NCBI RefSeq assembly: GCF_963853765.1
Contig: NC_088860.1
Coordinates: forward strand, 27,032,001 to 27,096,000
Reading direction: 5' to 3'
DNA from: Magallana gigas
Lineage: Eukaryota
Length of the DNA: 64,000 nt
Shown: positions 1-12,618 of the stretch, one piece after another
Layout of the letters: each line of letters opens with the position of its first letter
Numbering within the stretch: the stretch's first letter is position 1
The notes under the pieces: generated by a model
The model's input: the letters and a program-made list of their open reading frames with translations, nothing else
Told to the model about the DNA's origin: nothing
Database searches by the model: none
Program-made: the position numbers and the translations under genes

Positions 1-1510
1 CTAAACAGCCAGGAAAGCTGAAACTTGTGTGGAAGCATCCTCAGGTAGTGTAGATTCAAAGTTGTGAAAATCATGACCCCTGGGTGTAGGATGGGGCCAC
101 AATGGGGGGTCGAAGTTTTACATAGGAATATATAGAGTAAATCTTTAAAAATCTTCTTCTCAGAAACTAAACAGCCAGGAAAGCTGAAACTTGTGTGGAA
201 GCATCCTCAGGTAGTGTAGATTCAAAGTTGTGAAATTCATGACCCCCGGGGGTAGGGTGGGGCCACAATGGGGGTTGAAGTTTTACATAGGAATATATAG
301 AGTAAATCTTTAAAAATCTTCTTCTCAGAAACTAAACAGCCAGGAAAGCTGAAACTTGTGTGGAAGCATCCTCAGGTAGTGTAGATTCAAAGTTGTGAAA
401 ATCATGACCCCTGGGGGTAAAGTGGGGCCACAATGGGGGGTCGAAGTTTTACATAGGTATATATAGAGCAAATCTTTAAAAATCTTCTTCTCAGAAACTA
501 AACAGCCAGGAAAGCTGAAACTTGTGTGGAAGCATCCTCAGGTAGTGTAGATTCAAAGTTGTGAAAATCATGACCCCTGGGTGTAGGATGGGGCCACAAT
601 GGGGGGTCGAAGTTTTACATAGGAAAATATAGAGTAAATCTTTAAAAATCTTCTTCTCAGATACTAAACAGCCAGGAAAGCTGAAACTTGTGTGGAAGCA
701 TCCTCAGGTAGTGTAGATTCAAAGTTGTGAAATTCATGACCCACGGGGGTAGGGTGGGGCCACAATGGGGGTTGAAGTTTTACATAGGAATATATAGAGT
801 AAATCTTTAAAAATCTTCTTCTCAGAAACTAAACAACCAGGAAAGCTGAAACTTGTGTGGAAGCATCCTCAGGTACAGTAGATTCAAAGTTGTGAAAATC
901 ATGACCCCTGGGGGTAGGGTGGGGCCACAATGGGGGGTCGAAGTTTTACATAGGAAAATATAGAGTAAATCTTTAAAAATCATCTTCTCAAAAACTAATC
1001 AGCCAGGAAAGCTGAAACTTGTGTGGAAGCATCCTCAGGTAGTGTAGATTCAAAGTTGTGAATCATGATCCCTGGGGGTAGGGTGAGGCCACATTGTGGG
1101 GGGGGGGTGTTAAAATTTTACATAGAAATATATAGAGTAAATCTTTAAAAATCTTCTTCTCAGAAACTATTCAGCCAGGAAAGCTGAAACTTTTGTGGAA
1201 ACATCCTCAGGCAGTGTAGATTCAAAGTTGTGAATCATGATCCCTGGGGGTAGGGTGGGGCACAATGGGGGGGGGGGTGAAGTTTTACATAGGAATATAT
1301 AGAGTAATATTTTAAAATCTTCTTCTCAGAAACTAAACAGCCAGGAAAGCTGAAACTTGTGTGGAAGCATCTTCAGGTAGTGTAGATTCAAGTTGTGAAA
1401 ATCATGATCCCTGGGGGTAGGGTGAGGCCACATTGGGGGGGGGGGGGGGTGTTAAAGTTTTACATAGGGATATATAGAGCAAATCTTTAAAAATCTTCTT
1501 CTTAGAAACG
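1..1510 (+). repeat. Tandem array, ~9 units of 165-172 bp (Cg170-like oyster satellite)
   Basis: Unit starts (CTAAACAGCCAGGAAAGCTGAAACTTGTGTGGAAGCATCCTCAGG and close variants) at 1, 167, 332, 498, 664, 829, 995, 1167 and 1333. Family assignment is from recall of the oyster 166-bp satellite. Confidence 0.9.
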
Positions 1511-1725
1511 GATCAGCAAGATGATTCTTTATAATTGTTAAGACTTTGGCTCCAGGACAATTCTTCGGCCTCACAAGAAGGTTCAGAGTTTGATGCAGCT
1601 AAATATCCCATATATAAACAATTGAAAAGGATCTTTTAGAAAACTGCAATACTCAACATGTGATATGACTATAAAATTGAGGCAGGCAGCTATTTTTTCA
1701 TTAAAATCTTTTTGTATTACTGTAT

Positions 1726-2415
1726 TGAGTTATTGCCCTTGATTTATTGATTCTTGATTATTTTAATTAATGCATCCACTGTTAACCAATTATTGTGATG
1801 ATTATTTTTATACAATAATAAATATTCAATGTGTTTAAGTTGTTCTGCATAAGTAGTTTTGGGTTAGGCCGGATTAGTTAGTTTATTTTTGATTTCCAAT
1901 TTTTAGATACTATGAATTATTTTAGGCTGGCACATATATAGGGACAGTGTCTCTTGCATTACAATGTGCGATTGTTTGGGGTTAAACTTGAACAGTTACA
2001 GATAGATTGAGTGTGTGGACACCCATGCTCTATCTAATCTTCGTGTTTTCTAGCCTATGACACAGAGTGTGCGCTCTTTCCTGCCCTGTATCGCTTAAAT
2101 ACAAGTGTGTGGTCATACTTGCTTGTGGTGGATGTGGCGGAGCACTAGTAAATGGTCATCTCTGCTAGAGTTCTGGCCTTTCTAGCGCAAGTGTGCGGCA
2201 CTCCCTGCTTGTGTTATGTTGAGCTGTTGGCGCAAGTGTGTGGTCATTCCTGCTTGTGTTAACGTTGGTACCTGTTGAGTTGCGTAGGTGTGCGGACATC
2301 CCTGCCTGCGTAACGTTGAGTCCCTATACATGTGCAGGAGAGGTAATTAAAGTCTGCTCTTGTAAATATTGGCAGCAATCGGGGCTATCCCAGTTCCAAG
2401 GGGGAAAAATCTACA
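1726..2415 (+). mobile_element. Probable solo LTR (690 bp) nested in the HINE tail
   Basis: 5'-TG...CA-3' ends flanked by a 5-bp direct repeat TGTAT (1721-1725, 2416-2420). GC content is higher than in the flanks. It contains TATATA (1935-1940), ATTAAA (2346-2351) and degenerate internal repeats (GTGTG(C/T)GG..CCTGC). Confidence 0.55.
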
Positions 2416-2487
2416 TGTATTATTGTACATTGTCCAGATTGTTTTTATTATGACTCCATTAAGCTGACTTTATCATACCTATTGTTC

Positions 2488-2525
<38 letters not shown>

Positions 2526-2560
2526 CTAGAACTGTATCATTATAGCTCCAGTCTCTACAG

Positions 2561-5500
2561 CCCCTACTTTGGACCACACTGTATCTACGGATTATCAGAA
2601 GGTGACCTTTGATTGCTCAGTCTCGCCGACAGCAACAGGAAGTGGTGCTCAGTATGCAATCTGGTGGTATGTAGGGGAGACAATCATTAAGAGACAGGAT
2701 CTGCCAGCAGGAACCAGTCTAGGCCAGTTAGAGTCCACTGAAATGACTGACACAGCTAATGCCCTTACTACAGGAGTAAGTAATGTCATACTGGTCGCAA
2801 ATCTGTTTGATTTTGAGATTATCCCTGCAGGGCTCTCTCTTCATTTTCTCTTTTAAAATATAGCTTTCTATGTGTGGAGATTTGTACATTTAATTTTGAA
2901 GTTACAGATTGTGTAGATTGTTTTGTGTTATCTATCACTGTATTAAGTGTTTTGAGATGTTCCCTACTGTGTTTTGTGTAGGTGAGCTGTGGAGTGGTGG
3001 TGTCTTACCCCAGCACCTGTGGTAGTGTGACCAGTCCTGTGACAAAGAGCAGTGTACTCAAATACCAAGTAACGGTAGGTCAATTATTCTGGGCTTGGAT
3101 TGCTTTGCACTCTTTGGTAGATAAATTTCATGTATTCTGCAGTATTTAAGCTGTTAATTAGTTATCTTTAAAACTTTTTCTCTATCACAACTGCTATAGA
3201 ATAGAACACAAAACACTGAGTAGTTTATATAGAACTATCTCTCTGTACATTAGAAAGTTAACTTAAAAAGCATTTTGTTTTCAGATAAATGAGGCCTCAT
3301 ACATCAAGATTGTAGAAGGAGAGTCAGCTTATCCCATTCAGGTCGACCTCAGCACATCCGCTCAGTATTACTGCTCCATGAAATACAAAGCAAACTGCGA
3401 AATCCGGTTCAATGGGAAAATAGTCAAACCACAGAATCCCAAGAGATGTCCCGAGGGTGGAGAAATTCCCAATGTGGTGGTCAGGTCCTCGCTGACCAGT
3501 GCCGCCACCCCCGCTGAAGCCACCTGTGGTACAGTGGTGCAAGGAGGCACTGGAACATCCCAGATCTTTGTGAAGGCCATGATTGACAGGATGAAGTTTG
3601 GCAACAAGAACAGCACACTGAACATCGGGCAGGAGGACAAAGTGGGTCAAGAGGTCAAGGCCGAAGTCCCGCTGAAGAAAATCGAGGTCAGATATCAAAT
3701 GGTGTCCTAACTGACCATTTCATTTATGGAGAAATGTTGTACATGTATTAGTGAAGAATGCTATGCTTTCTTATTGTTTTTTGGGGTTTTTTTTTTTACA
3801 CCAATTACAATGTTTTGGGTGGGTTTTTTGTGTAGATTGAAGTTGTTGAGATGGACTCATTAGATCTTCACCACTGTCAGTCAATTAATGACCCACACAT
3901 CAGGACCTTTGATGGAGTGTGAGTAAAAATTATTTGGTCAAAAATATTGTCAGGAGATTCTGAAATATTTGCAAAAAAATCAATTTTTTTCTCACTAAAG
4001 ATTTTGAAAGTTTCGTGTCATGATGTGTCAATTATATTTTTTTGTAATTGAATTCACCTTAATTTTTAGTTACTTTGACAACTTCCAACCTGGAGAGTAT
4101 GTGCTGTACAAAAACAAGGACTATGAAGTAGAGGTAGGTCCAATTGTTAGAGCACCCCCCCCCCCCCCAAATAACAACTTTTATCATCTCCATAAAATAT
4201 AATGGTCTCTGTGATTAAGAGCTTGTTTGTGTAGAATATTCACTGTTGTGATGGGGGATTAGTTTAGGTTTTATTCAATATTATTAAAAAGCGGTATTTT
4301 AGAATTAGTTCTTATAAATATACCTATTATTATACAATTATACATTTCTGTAGGTTCGAGCTGCAATGGTTCGTTGCTCTAGAGGCACTTGTAACTGTGG
4401 CGTCTTGATCAGGTCTGGAGATGATGTCATCAGGATCGACAAATGCAAGTGGGTCAACAAGACGTCCGCAGCTTATCCAATCAATGACGAGCTCTTCACT
4501 GTCGGAGATCTGACACCAAGGACCCAGATCTTCCAGGAGAAGGACGGAAAACAATTCCAGGTGAGATAGACAAGGATGTATGACAGTCCTTCCCTAACGA
4601 TGTACTGTAAACATTATATTTGCTGTGTACGATATTTGGCAGAAATTTGCTTTTGAACAAGTTGGCATGGATATGAATTAACGTATTCCTGAATTTTCTA
4701 TTCTTATACATATATGCATGATATTTAGCAATGTACTTGATTAAGCGGAAGCCGCATTCCTCCAAAAGCACTTAATAGAATACACAGTTTTTTGTATGTT
4801 TACAGTAGGTGATGTTAGACAGCCTGATACATGTAGCTGGTATTATAATCCCTATGAAATTTGTGTCTTGCCCAGTGTAGGCATTGTCTAAATGCAGTGG
4901 GTATATAGTATACCGGTGGTAGGTACCAGTATTGATGCAGTACTGCACTTTGCCTGATTTTGGCATGTTAGGAGATAGCTTGTGGGGAAGGGAAGTTATA
5001 GACTGGTGCTCCATATAGGGTTTGGCATCACAATTAAAAAATTTGTGTAAATGCATCACAGGCATTAGGGGGAAGGAATAAGGATTTTGTTCTTGTCTGA
5101 TCCAAATTTATTGGGCAAATTTGAATTTTCCAGCTATTAGTGCACAGGGCAGAGCTGTAAAGATTTCTTGAACTGCAATCTTCTCTATTAATGTGTGTTG
5201 ATGATTTTTTTCTTACAGGTCATGCTACCGACAGGAACTAAAGTGACAGTGAAGGACTCGTACCAGGCTTTCATCAACATCTTCATCTACCCATCAGCAG
5301 CAGACTATAACAAAACAGAAGGTACTGTGCTCCGTGAAAAAAATATAAGAGCTATTGCTCAGCTAATTACCGGTACATATTTATGTACAGTACCCGCAAC
5401 ATTATTTTTTACAAGATAAACTATAGGATAGGATTAACGCACGATAGAACAGTACACACGCACGATATGATAGGATTGATACACGATAGGAAAGGATAAA

Positions 5501-8500
5501 TGATGATCATGATAAATGTATAACCGCGTTAAACGATCTTCGCGATTAACCTGATAATGGCAGAATTTGAGAAAGAACGCATAAAAATCAAGATATACTT
5601 GACATTTCTTGTTATCAACAAATGCCCAGTTGTTGTAATCGCTACATTAATTATATAATGTATTAAAATGACCAGTTAAATTTTCTTAACAAATATTATG
5701 AGCTAAAATAATCAATTATTTGTATTGTTACATTGTTTCAATACCAAACAACCCAGCTGATCACCGCGAACATTTCAGCCTGAGAGCAAATAACACAGAA
5801 AATAGCGGACTCAATGAAAATACAACTCTTGCTCTAAATAAATATAAAATCTATCATAAAAACATTTATTTCTGTATAAAAAATGATGCATTAAAAATAA
5901 ATTATATTGCACACACGTTAAAAAATATTAACACAGATACAGATTCCTCGCTAGATTTGTTGACATTGTTTTCATTGCCGCATACCCAAGCCGAGATCAA
6001 ATATAGCGGGTTCAATTAAAATAATACTTTTGTTTTAAGTAAATATTAATTATATAATAATTACTTTTGTTCCTAAAAACAATGATGCATGCAAAACGAA
6101 TTATGTTACATACAAGATAATGTTTACACAGGTATACAGTCCACGTACGATTTAATATATTCGATATACACTGTACAGGTAAATATGTTACCTTGTTCCT
6201 AAGATAGTTTACAATCATTTTTCACTTCCACTGCTTACAGTTATGATATACATGTACTACTGGTTAATTTTATCTAGAGAATTGAGAATTTAGTATCAGG
6301 ATAGAATGCTGGATAGGAATTTACATTTTTTGTTCGATAAATGTCTGTATACGGCACACTGATTGACTCCTAACTTTAAAATAACTGTACTTGCTTATGA
6401 AAAGGCATAAAACAATTAACACGATAGGATAAATGGAAAACTGTTAAAATTAAACGATAATCCTGATAGGATTAACGCACGATAGGATAGGATTAACGCA
6501 CGATAGAACAGTATACACGCACCATACGATAGGATTGATACACGATAGGATAGGATAGGATTGTAAAGAATAAAGTTGCGGGTACTGTACAACACTGTAT
6601 AGCTGTTTTCATGATTGTTTTGCTACCAAAGGTTTAGTCTTGGTCAGAAAGTACTAACTAAAGAATGAAAGCTAATGTAAGGTCACAAGTTTAAAAAATT
6701 TTAATACTTCTAAGTAATTGTTGGTGTCTTTACATGTACAGGCTAAACCATGCTGATCTGAACTTTAATTCAATATTTATCAATATTGATAAATATAAAA
6801 TACTTGTTTGGCAGGTCTCTGCGGTACTTATGATGGTAACCAGGACAACGACCTTTTAGATCCTAATGGGGTCGCCACTAAAGTTCCAGAGCCAGGCAAG
6901 CGTCCAGATAGCTACAGCGTCAAGTGGAGAGTTGATCAATCTAACTCCATATTCCGCGGCTACAGACAAACTGTTTCCATGGAGTCCCCAGTGTATTGCT
7001 CGTGCTACACTGATGGCACAAAGTCATGTGACTTCTTTGGAGATGTCAGCACTTGTGGTGTAACAAACAAAGGTTAGTGGAGAGGGGATTTACATTACTA
7101 CATTGGATATCACTTTAGCATGAATTCAGAAAAACTACATTTGTATGTTAAATATTTTTGATACTGAGTTTTCATTCCAATAAATTTTAATTACTTTATG
7201 ATGAACATGCGTGTTTGTTTAGTTACGCCAAAAAATTAGATCTTTCTTGTTCGGCATACTGGTTTTATATCTGCATGTGCTTGAGATAACAAATGTTTGC
7301 TCTCAATGTCTTTTTATTTTATTAATTATTTGATTTATAATTCTTTGTGTTAATTTTGAGGAAATGTGTGAAAGAGTTAAATATTGTAATGTGTAACTCA
7401 GGTGTGGATTTGAAACCTGACCTCCTGACCCCACAGCCTGGCCTTTTGACCCCCTCAGCTGTTGGTCGACGTAGGAAGAGGCAGACGGCAACAGACACTG
7501 TGACCTATGACCTAAACTACAACGCTCCAGCAGTAAGTGCTTCATATTTGTAGGGTATAGTATAGTTTTGATAATTCTGTTAGATAAATGATTGACAAAA
7601 CCTGTATATTTGAACATAATTACCGAAAGCTATTTGTCATTTCTTTAAAGAAGAGCTATGAGAACAAATTTCAGATATATCTTTTGAAAAAGATGTAGAA
7701 GAACCCAAGAATCAAGATCGGAAACCCTTGACTTTAATTACACTGAATCTGAAGAATTTATTTCTCAACAAATCATCTTTCAATGTTTTAATTATTGCGG
7801 TAGACACATTCACTTTCAAAGTTCACTTATTAGTTCTTTCATTATTACATGCCATTTTAAAAAGGTGCATAATGGCACATGATTGCCCCTTTCCCTAGCC
7901 CTCTTTCCTTTGACACTGAACACTAACCTACTTTCAGACCTACCTATTTTTACCATTGCATACCTGTATTGTAAATGAATTGAATTACCGGTATATTTTT
8001 TTTTCATAATGAATCAAAATGGCTTGTCCCTGGCACTTTGTCATAACCTTCTCATTTCCCTAGACACTGACCTCTGACCTACTTTTACCCTTGTAGCCTG
8101 ACGCTCCATGGCCCAGCACCCTGAATTTGACGGAGGATGAGGCAAGCAAGATGTGTGGGGACTACATTGTCCAGTCCCAGGCTGGAGTCAACTGTAAGAA
8201 CCTGTTCTCTGGGAACTACTCCAAGGACATTGACAACTGTGTACAGGACTACAAGGTAAACACTCCCTCGATAGGCTCCTTCATAAAATGTCATCAGAAA
8301 AACTGTATACTACTTCATCAGCTGTATGGTCCAAACTGCACCATATATTTGCAGCTAAACTTGAGCAGGAATAAGACTGAGTACTAGTATAAAGGATGTT
8401 CTTACGTCTGTAGATGACAGTTTGACAGTGAAAATGAGATCTATAAGCTGCATCAAATGTTTAAAAAGAATTATTTTTGAAGCTGACCAATTGACATTTG

Positions 8501-11500
8501 TCTATCACAAGATTAATACTACCTAATATACAAAGTTTATACTGGGTAAACATAGAATTACCTTTGCATTTGACAGTTGTCATTGATATTTAATCATCAG
8601 ACGTTTTGTTAGAATTTTCTCTGCAGCTGACGGGACTGACAGTTGTCAGTAATAAGATCTCAAATGTTTCATAAGATTTCACTAGTATTTGGCCACAATA
8701 TCTAGTATCATATCTATGGGTAGGTGTTTAACTACTAGAATTTTCTGTGCAGCTGACAGGACTGACAGTCTGGAAGGAGGACCACCTGGGAGGAATCCAG
8801 CAGAGTTGTTACGAGGAAGTCCTGAAGGACACAGCCCAGTGGACAGACCCGAACGGCACCCCATCGCTCCCCGCCGCCATCACAAGCGCCCTCTGCCCCC
8901 TGGACTGTAGTAGTCAGGGACAGTGTGTGGATGGTACGTCTATCTGTATAACCTATCAAAAGCATGTACTCTACACAAAAAATTACATACTACTCAAGCT
9001 ACCTCTTAAGGTGGGATAACACACCTGGAAAAAGTCACTCAAGTTAACAGTAAATTATTTGATTATGAGGAATATAGTGATAAATAAACTGTACATATGT
9101 CAATTAAGCGAAAAATTGCAGTTTGGGGATAAAAAATGAATATCTGAAAAAATTCAGTTCAGTAAGTAACAGTAAAGCCCCTGAGGGATTCAAACTCGAG
9201 ATGTATGGATCACAAACCCGATACTTTATCCACTGGGCTATGGAGAAGGGTACATGTTGCTGGCAATCAAATCCTTTCAACAAAACTAAATGTTGTTTTG
9301 ATCAGAGGTCAGCCATTTTGTGATGATGCGTTATTCCACTTTAAGATGATTGGTATCTTCAAAAAGGCTGACAAATTTAGACAACTGCGATGCATGTATA
9401 TTGTCTACCATTCACATGTAACAGTGTCTTACACATGATATTATTTACCTTCAAATTGCCTTGAATAGTCAACCAATATCTCTGATCCAGATCAAGAGTA
9501 GTCGGTGTTGAATATATAACATTTAACACTTTCAATATGCATAATTTTATATTTTAGGTGTGTGCACCTGTAACACTGGGTATGGTGGAGCGGACTGCTC
9601 TATCTCGGTGGTAACTGCACCGTTTGTTGTATTGGAGGACTCCAATGTCGCCTGCGATACCCTCAATAACAACTGTACCCTCGCTGTCATCAGAGGTGAT
9701 CGCTTCCTCAACAGCTCAACGCTTACATGTCACATGACTGAAATCGAGGTCAGTGAAAAGGATTTTTGCATTCTCTTAATGCACAGCATATTGTTTGATT
9801 AACTTTATACTTGAATTTACATCTACCCTTTGCAAATTACAGGTTTAACGTTTGTAGAGATATAAAACTTTAATCTTCTTTTTACTTCTCTGTGCTTGGA
9901 ATTAATGAAGATTTTTCATCTAGAATTTATTTTTTTCTTTTGCAGATAAATGATGCAGGCATTTCTGGGCGCCTGACACCCAGTACAAAAGACACTGCCA
10001 TCTTTAAGAGTGTGTCATCTGTGCAGTGCCCTCTACCAGCAAAGAAGAGCTATGCTATAAAGATCAGTAACGACGGAGTTCACACGAGTGCCTCGGAGTC
10101 TGTGTTTGTCCTCTATCAGTCTGACTGTTACTCCTGTGACGTGTCTGCTGATACAACACAAGCAAGCTGCTCTATGTTGGTCAGTCTCCATGTTTGATTC
10201 TTCCATCACCAAACCAGTTTTTAAAATTTTGCTGTTTTAAATTGGTGCTATTCATAAATGTGTATACATTTTGGGTATACTTTTAACCCACTTATATTCG
10301 CATGGGAGAAATTTTTGTGAGGTTTGGGACGGCCACGCCACTGCCAATATTTCCGCAAACCAATTTACCTCCTGCAAATTGTGAAATAAAAGTTGGTTTA
10401 CAATATGTACATGCTCTAATGTAATTTAGAATTTTTTTTAAGAAGGGAAAGGAAGAGGGGGTTAGAAAATTGTGCACATCAATTGCAATAAAAGAATGAT
10501 AAGGTTTTATTGTGGAATATGAAAGGATAAAAAATTTCCAAGAAATACATGTCTCTTTTTTAATTTCTGTACTTGAATGATTTGCTTCAGACAACATCTT
10601 GTTTGATTGGTGGAGTTTGTTACGCAGCAGGGACCAATAACCCCATCAACTCCTGCCAGCTCTGTACCCCGGCCTCGTCCCAGTTCTCATGGACAACTTC
10701 TACAGGTATCCACATAGACTCTCTTACTTCTCTAAACATCTGCCAAGTTCTTTTTTCATCTTGGTCTCATTTTTCTGCTGAATATTCCATTTGTATATGT
10801 CATTCTGAGATCAGGTTTGAACTTGTCTAAGTTTTATGGGCCTGGAGCATAATATATACTGGTAGTGCCCTCTAAATTTTCTTGTGAAGCAAAATCTGTT
10901 TGCTTGATTTCACATCTTCCAATCAATATCAGTAATAGTTATGTTAGCTATATACATATGTTTATCTCCCGTTCTGTGTTCTCTGTAGCGGCCGGCTGTT
11001 TCCCACCCTCCAGCACCACCCAGGCACTGCCCCCCAACAAGACGGCAGTCAGCATGAACTCCCAGACCATCGTTATCATCGCCTCAGTCACCGCCGTCAT
11101 CTTCCTCGTCATCTGCATCGTGTTAGCTGTGGTCTTTGTTGTCAGGTAAGTCGCACAGTGGCCGTATATATACCTTTATGTCTCAAAAAGTTAATGAATG
11201 AAAATTGATTTCCTTTTCTTTAATTTGTTAGTATGAAATCAATACATTGATTGTATAGGCTTTTTTCTCCATGTAAATCTATGACAATAATTTGATAAAC
11301 TGTGTCAACATATAGCTAAGCAAGGAGACATGGGGTCTAACATTGCATTGTTTGTGCCTATACCTTGTCAAGGGATCAGCAAATGTCACTCGTGGAGTAG
11401 AATGAATTCATAATACTGTTCTATTATAAAATGATAGTTTTGTATCATATCGCATGTTTTATTTAATAGTATACATGCTTTTTTTAAACATGTTTTATGA

Positions 11501-11768
11501 CATCAAGTAGTGAATGACATCACAGTGAAACAACTATAGTCTCGTTTTATTTTTTTTCATCAGATACAGGGCACAGAAAAAGAAGGAGAAATTCATGAAG
11601 CGTTATGAGACGGAACCAAGCGTGTTCAACAATGGTGCCTATGAAAAGTCAGAGTGGCGTCCAGCTTATGGTGACCCAACAGGAGCGCAGACCTATAGCT
11701 ACCAGTCCCCGGGGGGAAATGTCGCCTTCTATGACACGCGGATGGCATTAGATGATTATTTTGAATAG
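2561..11768 (+). CDS. von Willebrand factor D and EGF domain-containing (VWDE-like) type-I membrane protein, 5'-partial, 16 exons, ~930 aa in window
   Basis: Exons, all GT-AG and phase-consistent: 2561(or 2546)-2775, 2982-3074, 3285-3686, 3836-3918, 4070-4133, 4354-4560, 5219-5321, 6815-7072, 7402-7532, 8097-8255, 8753-8933, 9558-9748, 9946-10179, 10591-10705, 10989-11145, 11564-11768 (TAG). Motifs: VWD start CQSINDPHIRTFDG; CNCGVLIRSGDDVIRIDKC; VWD end GLCGTYDGNQDNDL; furin-type RRRKR; [57 protein letters not shown] followed by RYRAQKKK. Confidence 0.88.
3836..7072 (+). other. VWD domain-coding exons of the VWDE-like gene
   Basis: Runs from NDPHIRTFDG (3836-3918 exon) to GLCGTYDG (6815-7072 exon), the canonical VWD boundary motifs. 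Confidence 0.85.
5388..6587. mobile_element. Non-autonomous TIR DNA transposon (TA target, Tc1/mariner-type), 1.2 kb, intronic
   Basis: TA|CAGTACCCGCAAC...GTTGCGGGTACTG|TA, an imperfect TIR of ~27 bp. A ~65-bp GATAG-rich block is repeated directly at ~5427-5492 and ~6481-6556. No transposase ORF. Confidence 0.8.
8607..8770 (+). repeat. Duplicated splice-acceptor/exon-start segment
   Basis: TAGAATTTTCTCTGCAG|CTGACGGGACTGACAGT (AG 8625-8626) versus TAGAATTTTCTGTGCAG|CTGACAGGACTGACAGT (true acceptor, AG 8751-8752). Confidence 0.8.
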
Positions 11769-12562
11769 ATCGAGACTGAAATATTTCTTTTTGGGAAAAT
11801 GGACAATATTTGTTGATTGGAGTTTTTTCAAAGAGGACTCTATTTTTATACTTTAATAGAACATTTTTATATGTTTATCTTGATCGCATAAACCGGTTGG
11901 ATCGTTGTATATTGTGAGATATATGTATTAAATTGTGATTTCATTTGAAAAACAGATTCCTAAGGTGTGGAAATTCAATATATTTATACCCAATGTTTTC
12001 TCTTATTTTGGAGCTTTTTTGCTCACCAAAAAGTTATTTGTTTTTGTGTTTAAAAAAGATGCAGACTTCTGAAAAGTCTTAATATAAAGTTTTTTGTAGG
12101 CTGAGCAGTTATCAAGGCTCAATTTCAAGGGTAAAACTTCAAGTGGTGCTCTTTATTTTAGATGTACTTGTATATATTGCATTCTATATGAGATATCATT
12201 CTTTTGTATGATTTTTTAAATGAACGCTATTTCAGTCGTGTGTTAACTATATATACATTAAATTTAAGCTTAACTAACCAGAACAAAATGTGCCAAGACT
12301 GTTTTTCCCCCAGATTCCTTCACTTTTATTTTGATATGCCTGAATTCATGTTTATGCATAATATTTTTTTTTCATATCTTTAAGTCATTATATACCGTTA
12401 TATAATGAAGCATTTCTATGTGCCAGTTATTTTCTTTCATATGCTTTTATATTAATCTGTTGAGATTGTCCAAAGAAAAACATCAGTTTACAGGGCAGAA
12501 TAAATAATGAAAATAATTTTATCTCTACAATGTACTTGTTTTTTTTTTGTATTCCAAATACT

Positions 12563-12568
12563 GTACTA

Positions 12569-12618
<50 letters not shown>
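12563..12618. repeat. (TC)n microsatellite
   Basis: Direct reading; one interruption (TA). Confidence 0.95.

Larger units (their letters stand above)
1..2522 (+). mobile_element. 3' part of a non-autonomous Helentron/HINE (DINE-1-like) element with central Cg170-like tandem repeats; lies in an intron of the VWDE-like gene
   Basis: Repeat array at 1-1510, then a unique tail ending in a subterminal IR CTCAGGTGAGC (2488-2498) and a palindrome GGCCCATGGGCC (2504-2515) followed by TCTTGTTT. This is the same terminal architecture as the element at 27058-28911. The 5' end is outside the window. Confidence 0.8.

Noticed and set aside
1-1510. Regular repeat arrays (also 27250-28760 and 32331-33216) as CRISPR
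   Set aside because: Eukaryotic context, no unique spacers and no cas genes; these are tandem satellites.
2238-2453. 71-aa ORF with a hydrophobic start as a signal-peptide exon
   Set aside because: It starts at GTG, lies in the putative LTR and crosses its boundary; there is no compatible splice evidence.
3324-3698. Antisense ORFs (124 aa, 90 aa) and similar ORFs opposite other exons
   Set aside because: These are shadows of the real exons on the other strand.
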